Assembly (NCBI RefSeq): GCF_041956535.1 | Contig: NW_027192221.1 | Span: forward strand, 1-64,000 | DNA: 64,000 nt | Reading direction: 5' to 3' | Origin: Calcarisporiella thermophila CBS 279.70 | Taxonomy: Eukaryota > Fungi > Calcarisporiellomycota | In this document: positions 52,158-64,000 of the stretch, in pieces | Position numbering within the stretch: the first letter of the stretch is position 1 | Layout of the letters: each line of letters begins with the position of its first letter | The notes under the pieces: generated by a model | Database searches by the model: none | What the model was told of the DNA's origin: nothing | The model's input: only the letters and a program-made list of their open reading frames with translations | Program-made: the position numbers and the translations under genes

Positions 52158-55100
52158 ATGCACGGCGGCGGGATGGTGCCGCTAAACAGCAGTAATAATG
52201 CGTCGATGCGACATCGCGTGTCGAAAACAAAGCTTCAAAACCAAGTGGTTCCCGCATCTTCGTCTTCGACGGGTGGTAAAGTGGCATGGTTACAAGATGA
52301 AGACATAACTTTGGATGCGAAAGGTCACCAAGGAAGATCGAATGCCCAGACCGGAGTCAATGGACAAGTAGTATCGAAATTTCATAATTCTCTAAAAATA
52401 AGGGTTTTAAGCTTCTTCTTTTTTTTAGGATACTCAGGCTCAGCTTAGTAAACCATCGGCATCGGTGAGAAGGTCGAATACGCGAGAAGGTTTTATCTTT
52501 TTTTTTTCATGCTAAAGGTTTCGGCTACGAACAACTAATTCTTTCGAGAATAGATATTTTAAAACGACATCAGAGCAGCCCCGCATCACTAGTACTTCAT
52601 ATGTATCCAACGCATTTCAAATTTGAAAATCAGGTATGGCTCAGAATGATTGTGGATGTGATATGTTTTCTTGCTCCTAACCACGTATTATGGTTGCAGG
52701 ATGGCGTGTTTCTTTATAATAGCCCGATGAAGGTACAAAAAATTATAAAAAAAGACCAATTGGGGCTTTACAATTCTCACTGCTATGCTCTGTGATATAG
52801 ATGTTCTTGAAGTGCATCAAAGAGGAAAAACTGCCTCCTGATTTAATGGATGTATTTGATACAGCGAAAATACCATTCTATGAGGGTAATTTTACAATGA
52901 AATATTTATTCACACGAGTTATACTTCATGTGCTTTGTTTTCTCAATCAGGCTGCCTCATTGTTGAAATCAGGGATCATCGTGCCAAGGCACGTATGACT
53001 CAGAATAAAACTGGCGGGGAAAACAGGATTATTCAGGATGGAGCGGCTGTAAAACGTGTTCTTTTGCGGCCAAGTGCTGAAACCCTTTGGACAGATTTGA
53101 GTCTGCTAAATGACGGAGGATGGACAGAGGAATTGGCACAAGAAATAGAAGCAAAGATTCTGGTGAAGACTTTTGTATTCATCTAAAGAGAGCCAATCTG
53201 CTTTTCTAACCTATATTTTTCATTATCCAATTATTCCAGCTGACCACCGAAACCATCTGTCTTGATCCATCACCCCAAATTACGCGAATTAGTAACGCTG
53301 TGTGCTATATCAATTCAAAGCACCGCGCAAAACGTAAGCGTAAATGGAATTCCACAGAGCGGGAAGAAGAGCTTGCCCGTCGAGCCGAAAATGATAAATT
53401 GATGATGATGATGGATGACAGACGAGGTCACGATTTCCAACCCAGGTATTTTTGCCGCTTTTTTACTGTCTGCTAGTATGGGGGTATAGACTAACATTTT
53501 CTGCTTGAATAGCTTTGACCAAATTGCTTTTGTGCATGAGTGGAGAAGGAAAAAGGTTAAGACGGATGCTGAGCCCCTGCCCTCTGTCGACTCACGTCAA
53601 AAGATCAAAGGTATTTGCTACTGCTATATAATTGATTCTTACCGAGCTATTAACCATAATTGATCTATTTAGGTCGTCGTCCGTTAACATTAGCAGAGCT
53701 GCCCCAGCTTGAAGATGGTAGGAGATGTGTGCGTACACTTCGATTTGAAAGAGAACTTGCTGGAGGTATATTAGCATTTCTTGAAACGGACGAGTTTGTT
53801 TTGATACTAATGCTTGACGCTGATTCAAGGCAAAACATACACCACACTCAATATTTATGTTGCAAACGAGACTTATTCTGGTGTGCTCAGATGGGGCTCT
53901 ACTGCTGACACCTGTATCGATGGTGATACCGTTAGGTAAATTGAGATTGATTCATTTTCTTTTGATTTGAATTAATCTGTCTATTTTCTCTCCTAACGAA
54001 TAGCTTTAAAATCGGATCTGCAGCGATGGTGGATGTGTATGTGAAGTGGTTTGCTGATTTTTACTTGAAGGAGGATACTCGAACAAAACTCATTCACGAC
54101 GTTGACTTCCTCTCCTCTACGCTCAATCGCTCGCCATCGATAAACTCACGGCTACAACTTGCCCAGCAGCAGGCTCAACTCGCACAATCCCAACTTGCGC
54201 AGTCCCAACTCGCGCAACCCCATCTTGCTCAGCCTCATCTTACACAGACTCAAAATGCAATTGTGCAGCATGCGCTAGCAGCGGTTGCTGCTCAACAGAG
54301 ACGCCAAGCTCAGGCACAGCAGTCAACGCCACCCAACAAATCAGTTACCCCCAACATACGTCCACCCTCTCAGGCGCAGGAACAACCACATGCTGCTCAA
54401 CAGCACTCTTCCCCTGTTGCACCACCACCACAGCAGCCTCAACCTCCGCCGCAACAACCACAACAGCCGCCACAACAATCGCAGTCACAACCGCAACAGC
54501 AAAAACAACAGGCACCTCAGCTCCATCTACCGCAAATCCAACAACCATCTGCGGCAAGCCAGGTGCCTCAACTCAATTTTGCTGCGTTGCAGTCCAACAT
54601 CGGCTCACCCGCTATGCCCGCCTCCGTCGTTCAGCCAGGGGCAGGAAGAGTGCCAACCAATGCTGGACCCACTGCGACCGGAGTTTCCGCCCCGAATGCA
54701 ACCGCTGGAATTCTCAATGGGATATTTGGCAGTGGCAATGTTAATCCCGCGTGGACTCTACAGCAAATGATTCAGAGCGGTCAGTTGCCCCCTAATGTGG
54801 TCAGCCAATTATTGCTTGCGGCACAAGCTAAACAGCAACAGCAACAACAACAACAACAACAACAACAGCAGCAGCAGCAGCAGCAGCAGCAACAGCAACA
54901 GCAGCAACCACAACAACAATTGCCACGCTCTCCACTTGCTCAAAACGTAAGGGTACGTATTATTGAAATATTTCAAAGAAAGACGAATATTTCTTAAGGT
55001 TTTTATATTTTTTAAATTCAGCCACCAGCACAGGGGGCGCCTTCGAATATGGCTAACACTGGGACCATCAACCCACAAGCCCTGTTCGCAAATCTCGCTG

Positions 55101-55888
55101 CTCAACAGCAGCGACAATTACAGCAGCAGCAACACCAACAACAACATCAACAACAACAACCTCCACAAATACCCGTTATCCCGCCTCAGCTTCAACAGCA
55201 GCAACAGCAACAGCAGCAACAACAGCAACATCAAGCTGTTAATCCTCAGCAGGCTCAGCAGCCGGGCCAGCAGCATCTCTCGCTTAATCATGCACAGATG
55301 CTGCAGCAACAAAAGATCATTGCGATGCAACGCCTGCTCCTTCAGCAACAGCTCCAGCAACAGCAAGCTCAACAACAACAAGCACAAACACAATCCGAGG
55401 CTGCAGTATCACCCCGACTACTACAGACCGCCTCTCCTCTTTTCCAACAAGGTCAATCTCCTGCTCTCCAACAACAACCGCAGCAAACCCAACAACCACA
55501 GCAGTCCCAGCTTCCCTCTGCGAATTTGACAAATCATCCTCGGCCTCCGGCCAATCCGCAAGGTCCCCAGCAGCCTGGCATGCAACCAGGAGCTGGCGGG
55601 GTTCCCCTTAATATGCTAAACCAGCGTCGCCTCCAAATGCTTCAGCTACTCGCCGCGCGCGGCGGGCTAGCGGCCTTGGCGCAGAGAGGGGCTCAGGGTG
55701 GAGGCTTGAACGCTCAACAGATTGCAGCTTTGGCATCAGCAGGAATCCCAAATGCAAACTTGGCTGCGCTCAGAAATATTGTTCCGGCTGCATCCGCAGC
55801 TGCACAAGCACAAACTCAAGCACAAGGCGGAATGCAAGGGGATAGCGGAGGTTTTCCGTCAGGGGGAGGAGTGGGTAGGACTCAATAG
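52158..55888 (+). CDS. SPT20: SAGA subunit Spt20-domain protein with long Q-rich C-terminus
   Basis: PASLVLHMYPTHFKFENQDGVFLYNSPMK, IPFYEGCLIVEIRDHR, LLRPSAETLWTDL, IEAKIL..T.TICLDPSP. Confidence 0.88.
54833..54907 (+). repeat. 25-codon CAG/CAA polyQ microsatellite in SPT20
   Basis: Counted from the sequence between AAA (54830) and CCA (54908). Confidence 0.9.
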
Positions 55889-56726
55889 TTGGGGCGCATT
55901 AAATTGAAAAGTCTAGTTTAACCGTCTTATTTTTAATTATTGTTTTTATCACACTGGTGCGTGTCCTATCTTTCTTTTTCTTTCTGTTCTTTTGTAAATA
56001 CTATTTTTTTTTTTTGTAATAATATCTTTATTTTATTTTTTTTTTCTCTATCTACCATCTCCAGCGTAACACTCGTACTGCTAGAATATTAACAAATTGA
56101 ACCAACATTGAATATTGCACTAGACTCCGTCATCAAATAGTGCTGGGGTTTTCTATCCACATGGTATTTTTTTTCGCCACTCAGTGTTAGTTTTACGGAT
56201 ATTCAAGTACTAAAGGCATGATAGACAGGCTGATCCTCCAAATATTATTGCACTGTATTATATTCTGTACTTTGAACCCTCGGGTGACTAGGACACAGAA
56301 ATGCCTTTCAAATCTAAATGTTGTACGTAAGAGAAAACCTTGATAAATTGACATAAATTCACATAATTTCTTTCAAAATAGAAAGAGAAGAAGAGGGAAA
56401 TAGGTAAGAGTGGAGGGGAGGGGGTTAATAATATAGGATGGATTGGAGACCATAGTCTGCACGGGCACCCAGAGTGCCTCTTCAAATGACTTTCTTGACA
56501 GCTTTCAGAGTATACTTTAAGGTTCTAATGATAAACGATAAAGTGACTGCTTTGTGCCATATATAATATCATATTCTGAGTCATAAATAAATTTGAAATA
56601 AAAGGTCAGGCAAGTAGAGGTGTCCCAATATAAAACTTCACCTCTGACAACCATTTTTCCTTCTCTCTACTTCTCCCACCTCCTCATTCTTCTGAATCCA
56701 ATTATAACCCCTTGAATAACACTGAA

Positions 56727-57912
56727 ATGACACAAAACACAGAGCCTGCTGCTCACATTGATTGGAACAACCTCGGCTTCAAGTATATCGACACCAATGG
56801 TCATATCCGGCACGTCTGGCGTGATGGGAAATGGAATGAAGGAGAGTTGGTTCCCGAAGCGTATATCCGTACGCACATTTGCTCTCCAGCTCTAAACTAT
56901 GCTCAAGAGGTGAGTAGCTTTTTTTTTTTTCATTATACTCCCTCATCTTTATTCATCCCAGCGTCATCGTCTAGTGCTTCGAAGGACTGAAAGCGTTCCG
57001 GTGCAAAGATGGCAAAGTCCGCATTTTCCGCCCCGATGCCAATGCCAAGCGCCTCCAACAGTCTGCCGAGGCCGTCATGCTTCCTCATGTTCCTGAGGAT
57101 CTGTTCATATCTGCCGTTAAGCGGGCTGTCGCAGCCAATATCGAGTATGTTCCTCCTTATGGTTCGGGCGGCTCTCTCTACATCCGCCCACTACTCATCG
57201 GGACAGGCCCTCAGATTTCGCTGGAACCCTCGGACGAAGCGATGCTTTTGGTGTTTGTAATGCCCGTAGCACCCTACTACCGTGGGGGAATTACGCCCGT
57301 CGACGCAGAGATTATCGAGAACTTTGACCGAAGTAAGCAATGGCCCATTTTATTTTCCGTTAGCTTGGAAGCTAATTTCTATCTGCCTGTTATATAGCTG
57401 CTCCTCATGGTACAGGATGCTACAAACTTGGCGGCAATTATGCCCCTGTATTCCGCCACTGCCTAGATGCCAAAAAACGCGGCTTCCCTATCACTCTTCA
57501 CCTCGACTCGAAAACACGCTCTTTCATAGACGAATTCTCGACCTCAAACTTCATCGGTCTTGAGAAAACCCCCTCTGGAGATGTGATCTTTTCCACTCCC
57601 GATGCACCCACCATTCTGCGATCGATAACCCGTGAATCGCTCTGCCAGCTTGCGGAGAGTTTCGGATGGCAGGTGAAGAAACGCTCCATTCCTTTGGAGG
57701 AGCTGAGAGAAGGAAGATTCATAGAGGTGGCTGCATGCGGAACGGCCGCCATTATCACCCCCGTACGCAAGTTTGTCCGCGGCCAAGAGGAAATTCTTGT
57801 GAATGGAGGGGCAAAAGAATGTGGGCCGCTGCTGCGGAAGCTTTATGACCGCTTCCGGGCGATCCAAAACGGTGAAGAGGAGGATAAATTTGGATGGCTG
57901 GTGCAGGTGTAA
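56727..57912 (+). CDS. Branched-chain amino acid aminotransferase (fold IV; IlvE/TOXF-like subtype), 2 introns
   Basis: IDWNNLGF, LNYAQECFEGLKAFR, IFRPDANAKRL, PPYGSGGSLYIRP, GTGCYKLGGNYAP (PLP lysine), IDEFSTSNF, ILRSITR, ACGTAAIITP. Confidence 0.93.
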
Positions 57913-58113
57913 TTCTAACCCACTCGGCGACTAGAGGTTGGAATAAATCAACAGAGCCAAGGAGCACAGCGCCAATAGCCACTTATTTCCCCCCCCCCCC
58001 CTCCATACAACCACCCAAAATGAACTATTTAGCCTTGACTTTCCAGCATAAAATAAAGGAACAATGACTGCAAAAGAAATACTATTTGGAATAGAACTAA
58101 CTATACATGAATA

Positions 58114-59297
58114 TTATTCTGAAGCGCACGCTTTCACAAGATCCTCCACCATCTGTTTTATCTTGCTCTTATGCAACAAGAAAACACTCCGAACCGGCAA
58201 AATGCCGAACTCTTGGAAGGTACGCTTTGAATCAGAAACGGCTGGGTCCTTAGTAAGCTTAAAATGGTGCTTAAAGTCGGAGTGCTACCGAGACCCAGAT
58301 AAAAATAAAGAACAAGTTCGCATCATTAGATGAGGAATAGCAATAAGAGAAAAGAAAATGCAATTACCCCTGCGATGATCTCTTCTTCAGGGTGGAAGTA
58401 GAAAATGACCGGCTCGGACTGTTGGAGCAATAGTTAGAGATCCACGGGAGGAGAGCGAGTAATTAGAGACCTACCACTTTGCTCTTTTTCGACTTCTTCG
58501 CGCCTTCCTCAGCATCCTGCTCCTCGTCCAGCTTCGACTCGATCTCACGGTAAGTCGGCGCCACAAGCACATACCACTCGAACTCGTATGGTTCTTTGTC
58601 CTCCACGGCCCACTCAACCTCCTCGAGAAGCATCTTATACATGGGGGGCACGATTTGCACAGGCATGTTGACAAGACGCTCGCTCACAATCCAGCCCACA
58701 TCATGGCGGGAGCCGTCCGCAAAGAGTTCTGCCAATTTGACATGAATGGGTTGCTTTTTTGTCTTGTCGAGGAGGTATTTTTTGAACTCTTGGATCGATT
58801 GCTTTTCCTGGAGAAAGAATATCGGTTAAATACTTTGGAAGCGAGGGATCGTAACGACCATTAACCCGAAACATTACTTTATGATGGTTGAGATTGAGAA
58901 CGGTGAGTAATGAATATGGATCGGATTCTGGACCATCAACCTTCACGGTCGAACCAACTAGCGGCTGACCGATAATTAATTCGGCTAGTTCAGACAAATT
59001 AAAGAGTTCTGCATCAGCAGAGAAGAGCTGCGTCAATAGCCGTTTAATGGCGTGGAAGTCGATGGGTTTGGGGTCGAAAAACTCAAAGTCCACATCGACT
59101 ATTTCCTGAGCACGTAAAGCAAAGGTTACGTCGAGAAGAAATGGTGGTTTAGAAGAGCGCTTGCTATGAGAAAGCCATAAATTGCAGTATTGACTTACCT
59201 CCATGGCATCATCCTCACCTCCATCGGCCTCATCACGCATAGCTATGTCCTCAGCCTTCTCTGTCACTTGTGGTTCAGCCGCTTTTCTCTTGCTCAT
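58114..59297 (-). CDS. BCP1: Bcp1/BCCIP (Rpl23 chaperone, Mss4 export)
   Basis: IVDVDFEFFDPKPIDFHAIKRLLTQLF, VGSTVKVDG, VGWIVSERLVNMPVQIVPPMYKML, YFHPEEE. Confidence 0.92.
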
Positions 59298-59481
59298 GGT
59301 CGGTTTGTCTTCCAATTCAAAACTAACGCTTCTGAAAACTCGAGTGCCCAAGAATGAATAAAGCAAACACTTGTCACAAAAATAGTCACACTTGCTAACC
59401 TAACCAAAAAAAAAAATCATTCTTCTTCTATTAACTCTAAATTGCTTGCGTTTCATTATCATTGCTGTGAAATCAAATGGG

Positions 59482-61306
59482 ATGCCATTGACTCGCAAAA
59501 GGGCCACTCTGAAACGCGCTATATCTGACCAGACGTGTGGCGCCAAAGATGGGTCTGATGAAAGCCGTGCGGCCGCGCCTACCGCTAACTCCCAGCCGGA
59601 GGTAGGCGCGGTCGTGGCGAATAAAAAGCAGAAAACGAACCAGCATATTTCACTTTTGCCCGATCTGGTGTGGGTTTGGATTAAACCGAATGAAAAAACA
59701 AAAGGGCGGTGGTGGCCCGCTAAGGTATGAATGTTTCAATCGTCTCCTTCGAATACTGTTTAATATTGGGAGCCGCAAAGAAAAGAGTAATCAAAGCTAG
59801 AATTGACGCGTTCGTTTGTGTTGTTTTTTTTTTCAAAATTGATGACATAGATCCTCAGCAAGTGTAGGGAAGATCGTCCTTTACTCATTAGGCGATTTGG
59901 CGGTTCTGGGAAAGAGTAGGTATAATATGGAGACATACGATACTTCTTTTAGAGAATTATGAAACAATAGAAGAAAGTGAAAATTTGTTCCAGACCCAAA
60001 GCTCATTAATTTGCATTTTGATCAGTGAAATGGAAATCGAGAATCCCTCAGCGAGAAATCTCCGAAGCTTTCGTGATCTGGCTTTCCGGAAAACCGTCCT
60101 CCAGTCATCCGAACGGGATAATCATAAGGAATTTATGAAAGCCTATGAAGAAGCGCTGGAAGCGGAGGAAGAAGAGGACGATGGTCTACCCGGGATTGAG
60201 CTTGCGTTGGAGCGAGCAACTACTTTCCAGAGAATACCCAATAAGTCTAAGAGTTCTCGTGCGTCGGCGAGCCATTTTATTTTTCAGCGTCCCAAGTAAT
60301 AATTTAACGCGTCGTGATACTATGTTTGTAGGCAAGCCACCCAAGTTTGAAAAGAGCTTGTCTATGTCATGCGTCCCGGATGAGTCGTTTTTTCCCACTA
60401 TACCCCAAGCTAACACCAAGGAGATTTCTGAGCTGCTCGGCGATATTCCCTCCATAGAGAGTGTTTACAAGTAAAATGGGGAACCCTTGGGGGAGGAAGT
60501 TCAACATTGATTTCATCTTATTTTTTGCCATTTAATAGCGGATGTGATGTCAAAGTGCCTGGCGAGCTCGTCCTGGCCATCTGGGACAGCGACAAGCGCT
60601 TTTACCCTGCTATTGTTGAAGAGCGCACTACGAGTGGAAAGTACCGGATCCGGTTCTATTCAAACCATAAGCGGACGCTTGCACGCGAAAAATTCTACAC
60701 TATGTTTGAGGAAGGGTTTCAAACCTGCCAGGTAGCTAGCTGATATTGTGAATTTTAGTTTCCTTCTTCACCGGGTGCTAATCTGTCATCATATGGGTCC
60801 CTAAATAGCTGGGCGATATAGACGATCTTGAAACCGACGGCAGCGAAATCGAGAATGCTGAGCTGGAGGCCTCGATCAATGACATTCTACCCGAGCTGCG
60901 CTCCATTCTTGCAGGAAAGATGCCATCATGGCGCTTAGAGGAGTTTCGGCAAGGCGGCAAGAAGGCTTGGTCCCGCCTTGCCCAGAGCGTGAGCCAAGGC
61001 CAATTCAGTAATCAGGAGTATGCGTTAGTTCGCCGCATGCTACAATATGATCTGATATCGTCTGTGCCGGATCAACTCTCGGAGGTAAGGCAGCCAGTGG
61101 AGAGAGCACAGCTCATAGACGCTGTGCTTGTGCCTGAAGCCATCATACGTCTCCTGATGCGTGAGCATGACATCGACTACACGGAAGCAGAGGAACGTAT
61201 GCTGAGTGAGAGCGGAGACTCACGGTGGGCAGAAAGAATTCTTGCAGCGCGGAATGCGTTTTTAATGGGGAACGAGCGCATTTCCGAGAGAAACGGCAAC
61301 AAATGA
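59482..61306 (+). CDS. PWWP + Tudor-like chromatin protein with PWWP3/MUM1-like C-terminus
   Basis: LVWVW..RWWPAK (PWWP); PGELVLA..FYPAIV..YRIRFY (Tudor-like); LRSILAGKMPSWRL and VLVPEAIIRLL..DIDYTEAEE. Confidence 0.75.
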
Positions 61307-62037
61307 CCTGGACAGAATGAAACAGAATAGGGGTATTGGGTTGGGTTCGAAAACAATGGTTGTCAATATATTTAAAGCTATATCGGACCCACATCGCTAG
61401 CCTTCGTTTTCACGTTTGCTCCATTTGACACTCCTCCTCTAACCGATCCTGTCTGACAAATTTTGCGGTGTGTTGTGTGAATACTTTTTAAAAACCCTCT
61501 TTTCTTTACTTACTGTTAAATACTCTATGACCCTGTTGATTTTTTTTTCCTGCTATTTTATTTCGCGTACCTACCAATGCCTTTTTTTTTGCTTCAATTT
61601 AATAGGAGCGCTCTTCTGCATATATAAACTCTTTGAACAATCCGAATGGACTGACTGATCTTCTCACTATTCCAGTTTTACTGAGCTTTTCCTAGCTCTT
61701 GTTACGTCACTCTTCCCTTGACCCAATTTTCAAATGCTAGCTGTTCTCATTGACTGTCTCTGCAGAGCTTTTAGGAGGCGCCTAAGACGATACCGACATC
61801 GACCCAATTCCATTGTTTCGTATCACCTCAGATAGCTTTTAAAATTTAATAGAAAGGCGGAGTGCAAGTAGGAAAAGTCCCAAAATAATAAGACAATACA
61901 AGGCCAAAAAAAAAAATGATAAATGGGAGAAGAGAGGTGTAAAGGAAAAGAAGAATGGCAGAACAAGAACTGAGAAGGAAAGATAATAAGAAATAAATAC
62001 AGAATGAACATTGCATAACATTTGGCTCTCGTTTGTT

Positions 62038-63805
62038 TTAAATCTTAGCACTCTTCAAACCCGCGCCAATCTCCTCCTCGTCGCGTACTCCATGTCGCTC
62101 TAAAAATTTGGCTACTTCTGCAGGGCCAGGAGAGCCATAGGCATAGGGTAACGGGACAACGCCACCCTTCTCCAGGGCGTGTAGCATGGGAGTGAAGATG
62201 CGCCAAGCGGCGTCCAGCTCGTCGTCGCGAACAAAGTGACTTTGATCGCCCCGGAGTACGTCGAGGATCAGGGCCTCGTAGGCGTCAGGGATGCGATAAG
62301 AGGCGCCCTGGAATCGGTCTTTGTAGGTCAGATCAAGCGTGGTGGGGGTGGAGCGAATACTGAATCCAGGCACTTTGTTCGTCACTCGCAGCTGGACCGC
62401 TTCGTTGGGCTGGACGCGCACAATCAACTCGTTGCGGGCCGCGTCCGGGTACACCTGCCCATTCGCCACATTCCTGAACAGCACTCGCACCTCGACCTTT
62501 TGTTCATGCAAGGCCTTGCCCGCCTTTAGGATGAAGGGGACCCCTTGCCACCGGTCGTTGTTGATCCACAAGACATTGGCAGCGAAGGTGGGGCAGTTGC
62601 TGTTGGGCGGCACCGTCTTGTCGTCTTTATAGGCGGGTTTGGATCCATCAGCGGAAGCGGTGTACTGGCCAACGATGGTTTCCGAGGGTTTGATGGGAGG
62701 GATGCAGCGTAAGACTTTGACCTTCTCATCGCGAATGTCCTGAGAGCTCAGGGAGACGGGGGGCTCCATCGCAACGATGCTGAGGATCTGGAGAAGATCT
62801 ATGTACAAGAAGTAAAGGGGGTAGGGCGTCCTATCAATACACGGCTCTGCACCAGCGACCAGGGACTACAGGAGGATGGATGACTTACGGTTCTGCATCA
62901 CGTCACGGATAATCCCGAACTCGTCAAAATAGCCGCCTCGACCCTCCGTGCCAAACGGCTCACGCAGCGTGATCTGCACGTTCTCAATGTACTGGCGATT
63001 CCATACAGCGCCAAAAATGACGTTGGCAAAGCGGAGGGTGAGCAAGTTTTTCACCATCTCTTTCCCGAGATAGTGATCGATTCTATACACCTGGGGGGAG
63101 GAGGTTGGTAACGAAATTAGCATCGTAACGAAAAGATAAGAATTTCCTCAAGCAGCATAAGCACGCATGAAAGGTTTCAAGACGTGGTACACACCTCTTC
63201 CTCTGTGAATAGCTCGCCAAACTCTCGCTGTAAGTCACGGAAGCTCTCTAGATCGTGTCCAAATGGCTTCTCGACCACTACTCGGAAGCCATTCTTCCAC
63301 CGAGGATGCACATGTTTCTTCAGCATCCTGGCAACAGCGGTGAACACGCTTGGTGGAAGTGCCAAGTAGGCGACCAGTTTTATTTTCGCACCCATTTCCT
63401 TTTCGGCTTTTTCAATTTCCCCCACTAACTTCTCGAAGGATGCATCCTCGTCGTATTGTCCACTCACATATGACGTGAGGTTAAGGAAAGCGTCGACTTC
63501 CCCTGGCTCTGGATTCTTGATGGAGGAAGTGATACGCCTATTGTACTCAGCGGCATCCATAGGCGTCCGAGCATAGCCAATTATTTTGGTGTTGGATGGG
63601 AAAAATTTATGTTTGTGAAGACTAAAGAGGGCAGGATAAGTTTTCTTGCGGGCGAGATCGCCCGAAGCCCCAAAAACTGAAATAGAAAGGTGGAAAAAAA
63701 TGGTTAGTAATTCGGACGGGAATGCTGTTCTGGATTTCCTCAGGGGTTACCTATGATGACTAAATTATCATTCTGAGCGATTTCGTTCTGATTTGGGCCA
63801 GTCAT
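62038..63805 (-). CDS. ZWF1: Glucose-6-phosphate 1-dehydrogenase, ends in PTS1-like AKI
   Basis: [95 protein letters not shown]. Confidence 0.97.
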
Positions 63806-64000
63806 TTCGGATGTGAATGCAGAGCAAGGTTATAAATTATCGAGATTATAAAGAAGTGGAGCTATAAGACCCTTGGAGGTTTATACCCGTCGTGAAATTT
63901 CTCGAGCGCTCCAACTTACGTGATTGTGTGACTGCCTTGTGTGGGAAAATGTAAGATTGGGATGCATCCTCCGCTGACAGTTTTTTGATTTCTAATACTT

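Noticed and set aside
47497-57912. ACAD8 and BCAT proximity as a valine-catabolism cluster
   Set aside because: Separated by unrelated septin and SPT20 genes; no shared motif seen; chance is sufficient without synteny evidence.
1-64000. CRISPR arrays, rRNA, transposase/RT genes, U12 (AT-AC/GTATCC) introns, TGA-CTA readthrough PTS1
   Set aside because: None seen in the regions and junctions I examined by eye; degenerate elements could be missed.

Overview
Eukaryotic, intron-rich, gene-dense DNA from a fungus. Short 60-90 nt GT-AG introns with CTAAC/CTGAC branch points, plus gene content (Whi5-domain, septin, Sip3/Lam, Spt20, BTA1), suggest an early-diverging, Mucoromycota-like lineage; the taxonomy is an inference. 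I find one intron-containing tRNA-Tyr, 22 protein-coding genes and one pseudogene. In order: omega-amidase NIT2/NIT3, betaine-lipid synthase BTA1, NAD(P)HX epimerase, GTP cyclohydrolase II, a Whi5/Nrm1-domain gene, a Cys-rich PY-motif membrane protein, a DJ-1/PfpI pseudogene, YHM2 carrier, Dnf-type P4-ATPase, an unknown membrane protein, UPF1, an RNF181-like RING ligase absent from the ORF track, an intronless orphan secreted protein, Sip3/Lam1-like BAR-PH-StARkin, a LUFS-polyQ-WD40 protein, condensin YCG1, ACAD8, a septin, SPT20, a branched-chain aminotransferase, BCP1, a PWWP3/MUM1-like gene and G6PD. Most notable are: (i) one spliced gene with the complete plant LEUNIG corepressor architecture (LisH/LUFS + Q-rich + WD40); (ii) a fungal protein with a C-terminus resembling animal PWWP3A/MUM1; (iii) an intronless secreted orphan matching the legume Kunitz (beta-trefoil) signature; (iv) PTS1-like tails on both an NADPH-producing and an NAD(P)HX-repair enzyme. 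No CRISPR array, rRNA or recognisable mobile element was seen. Family calls come from recalled motifs, not database searches, and splice junctions were placed by hand.
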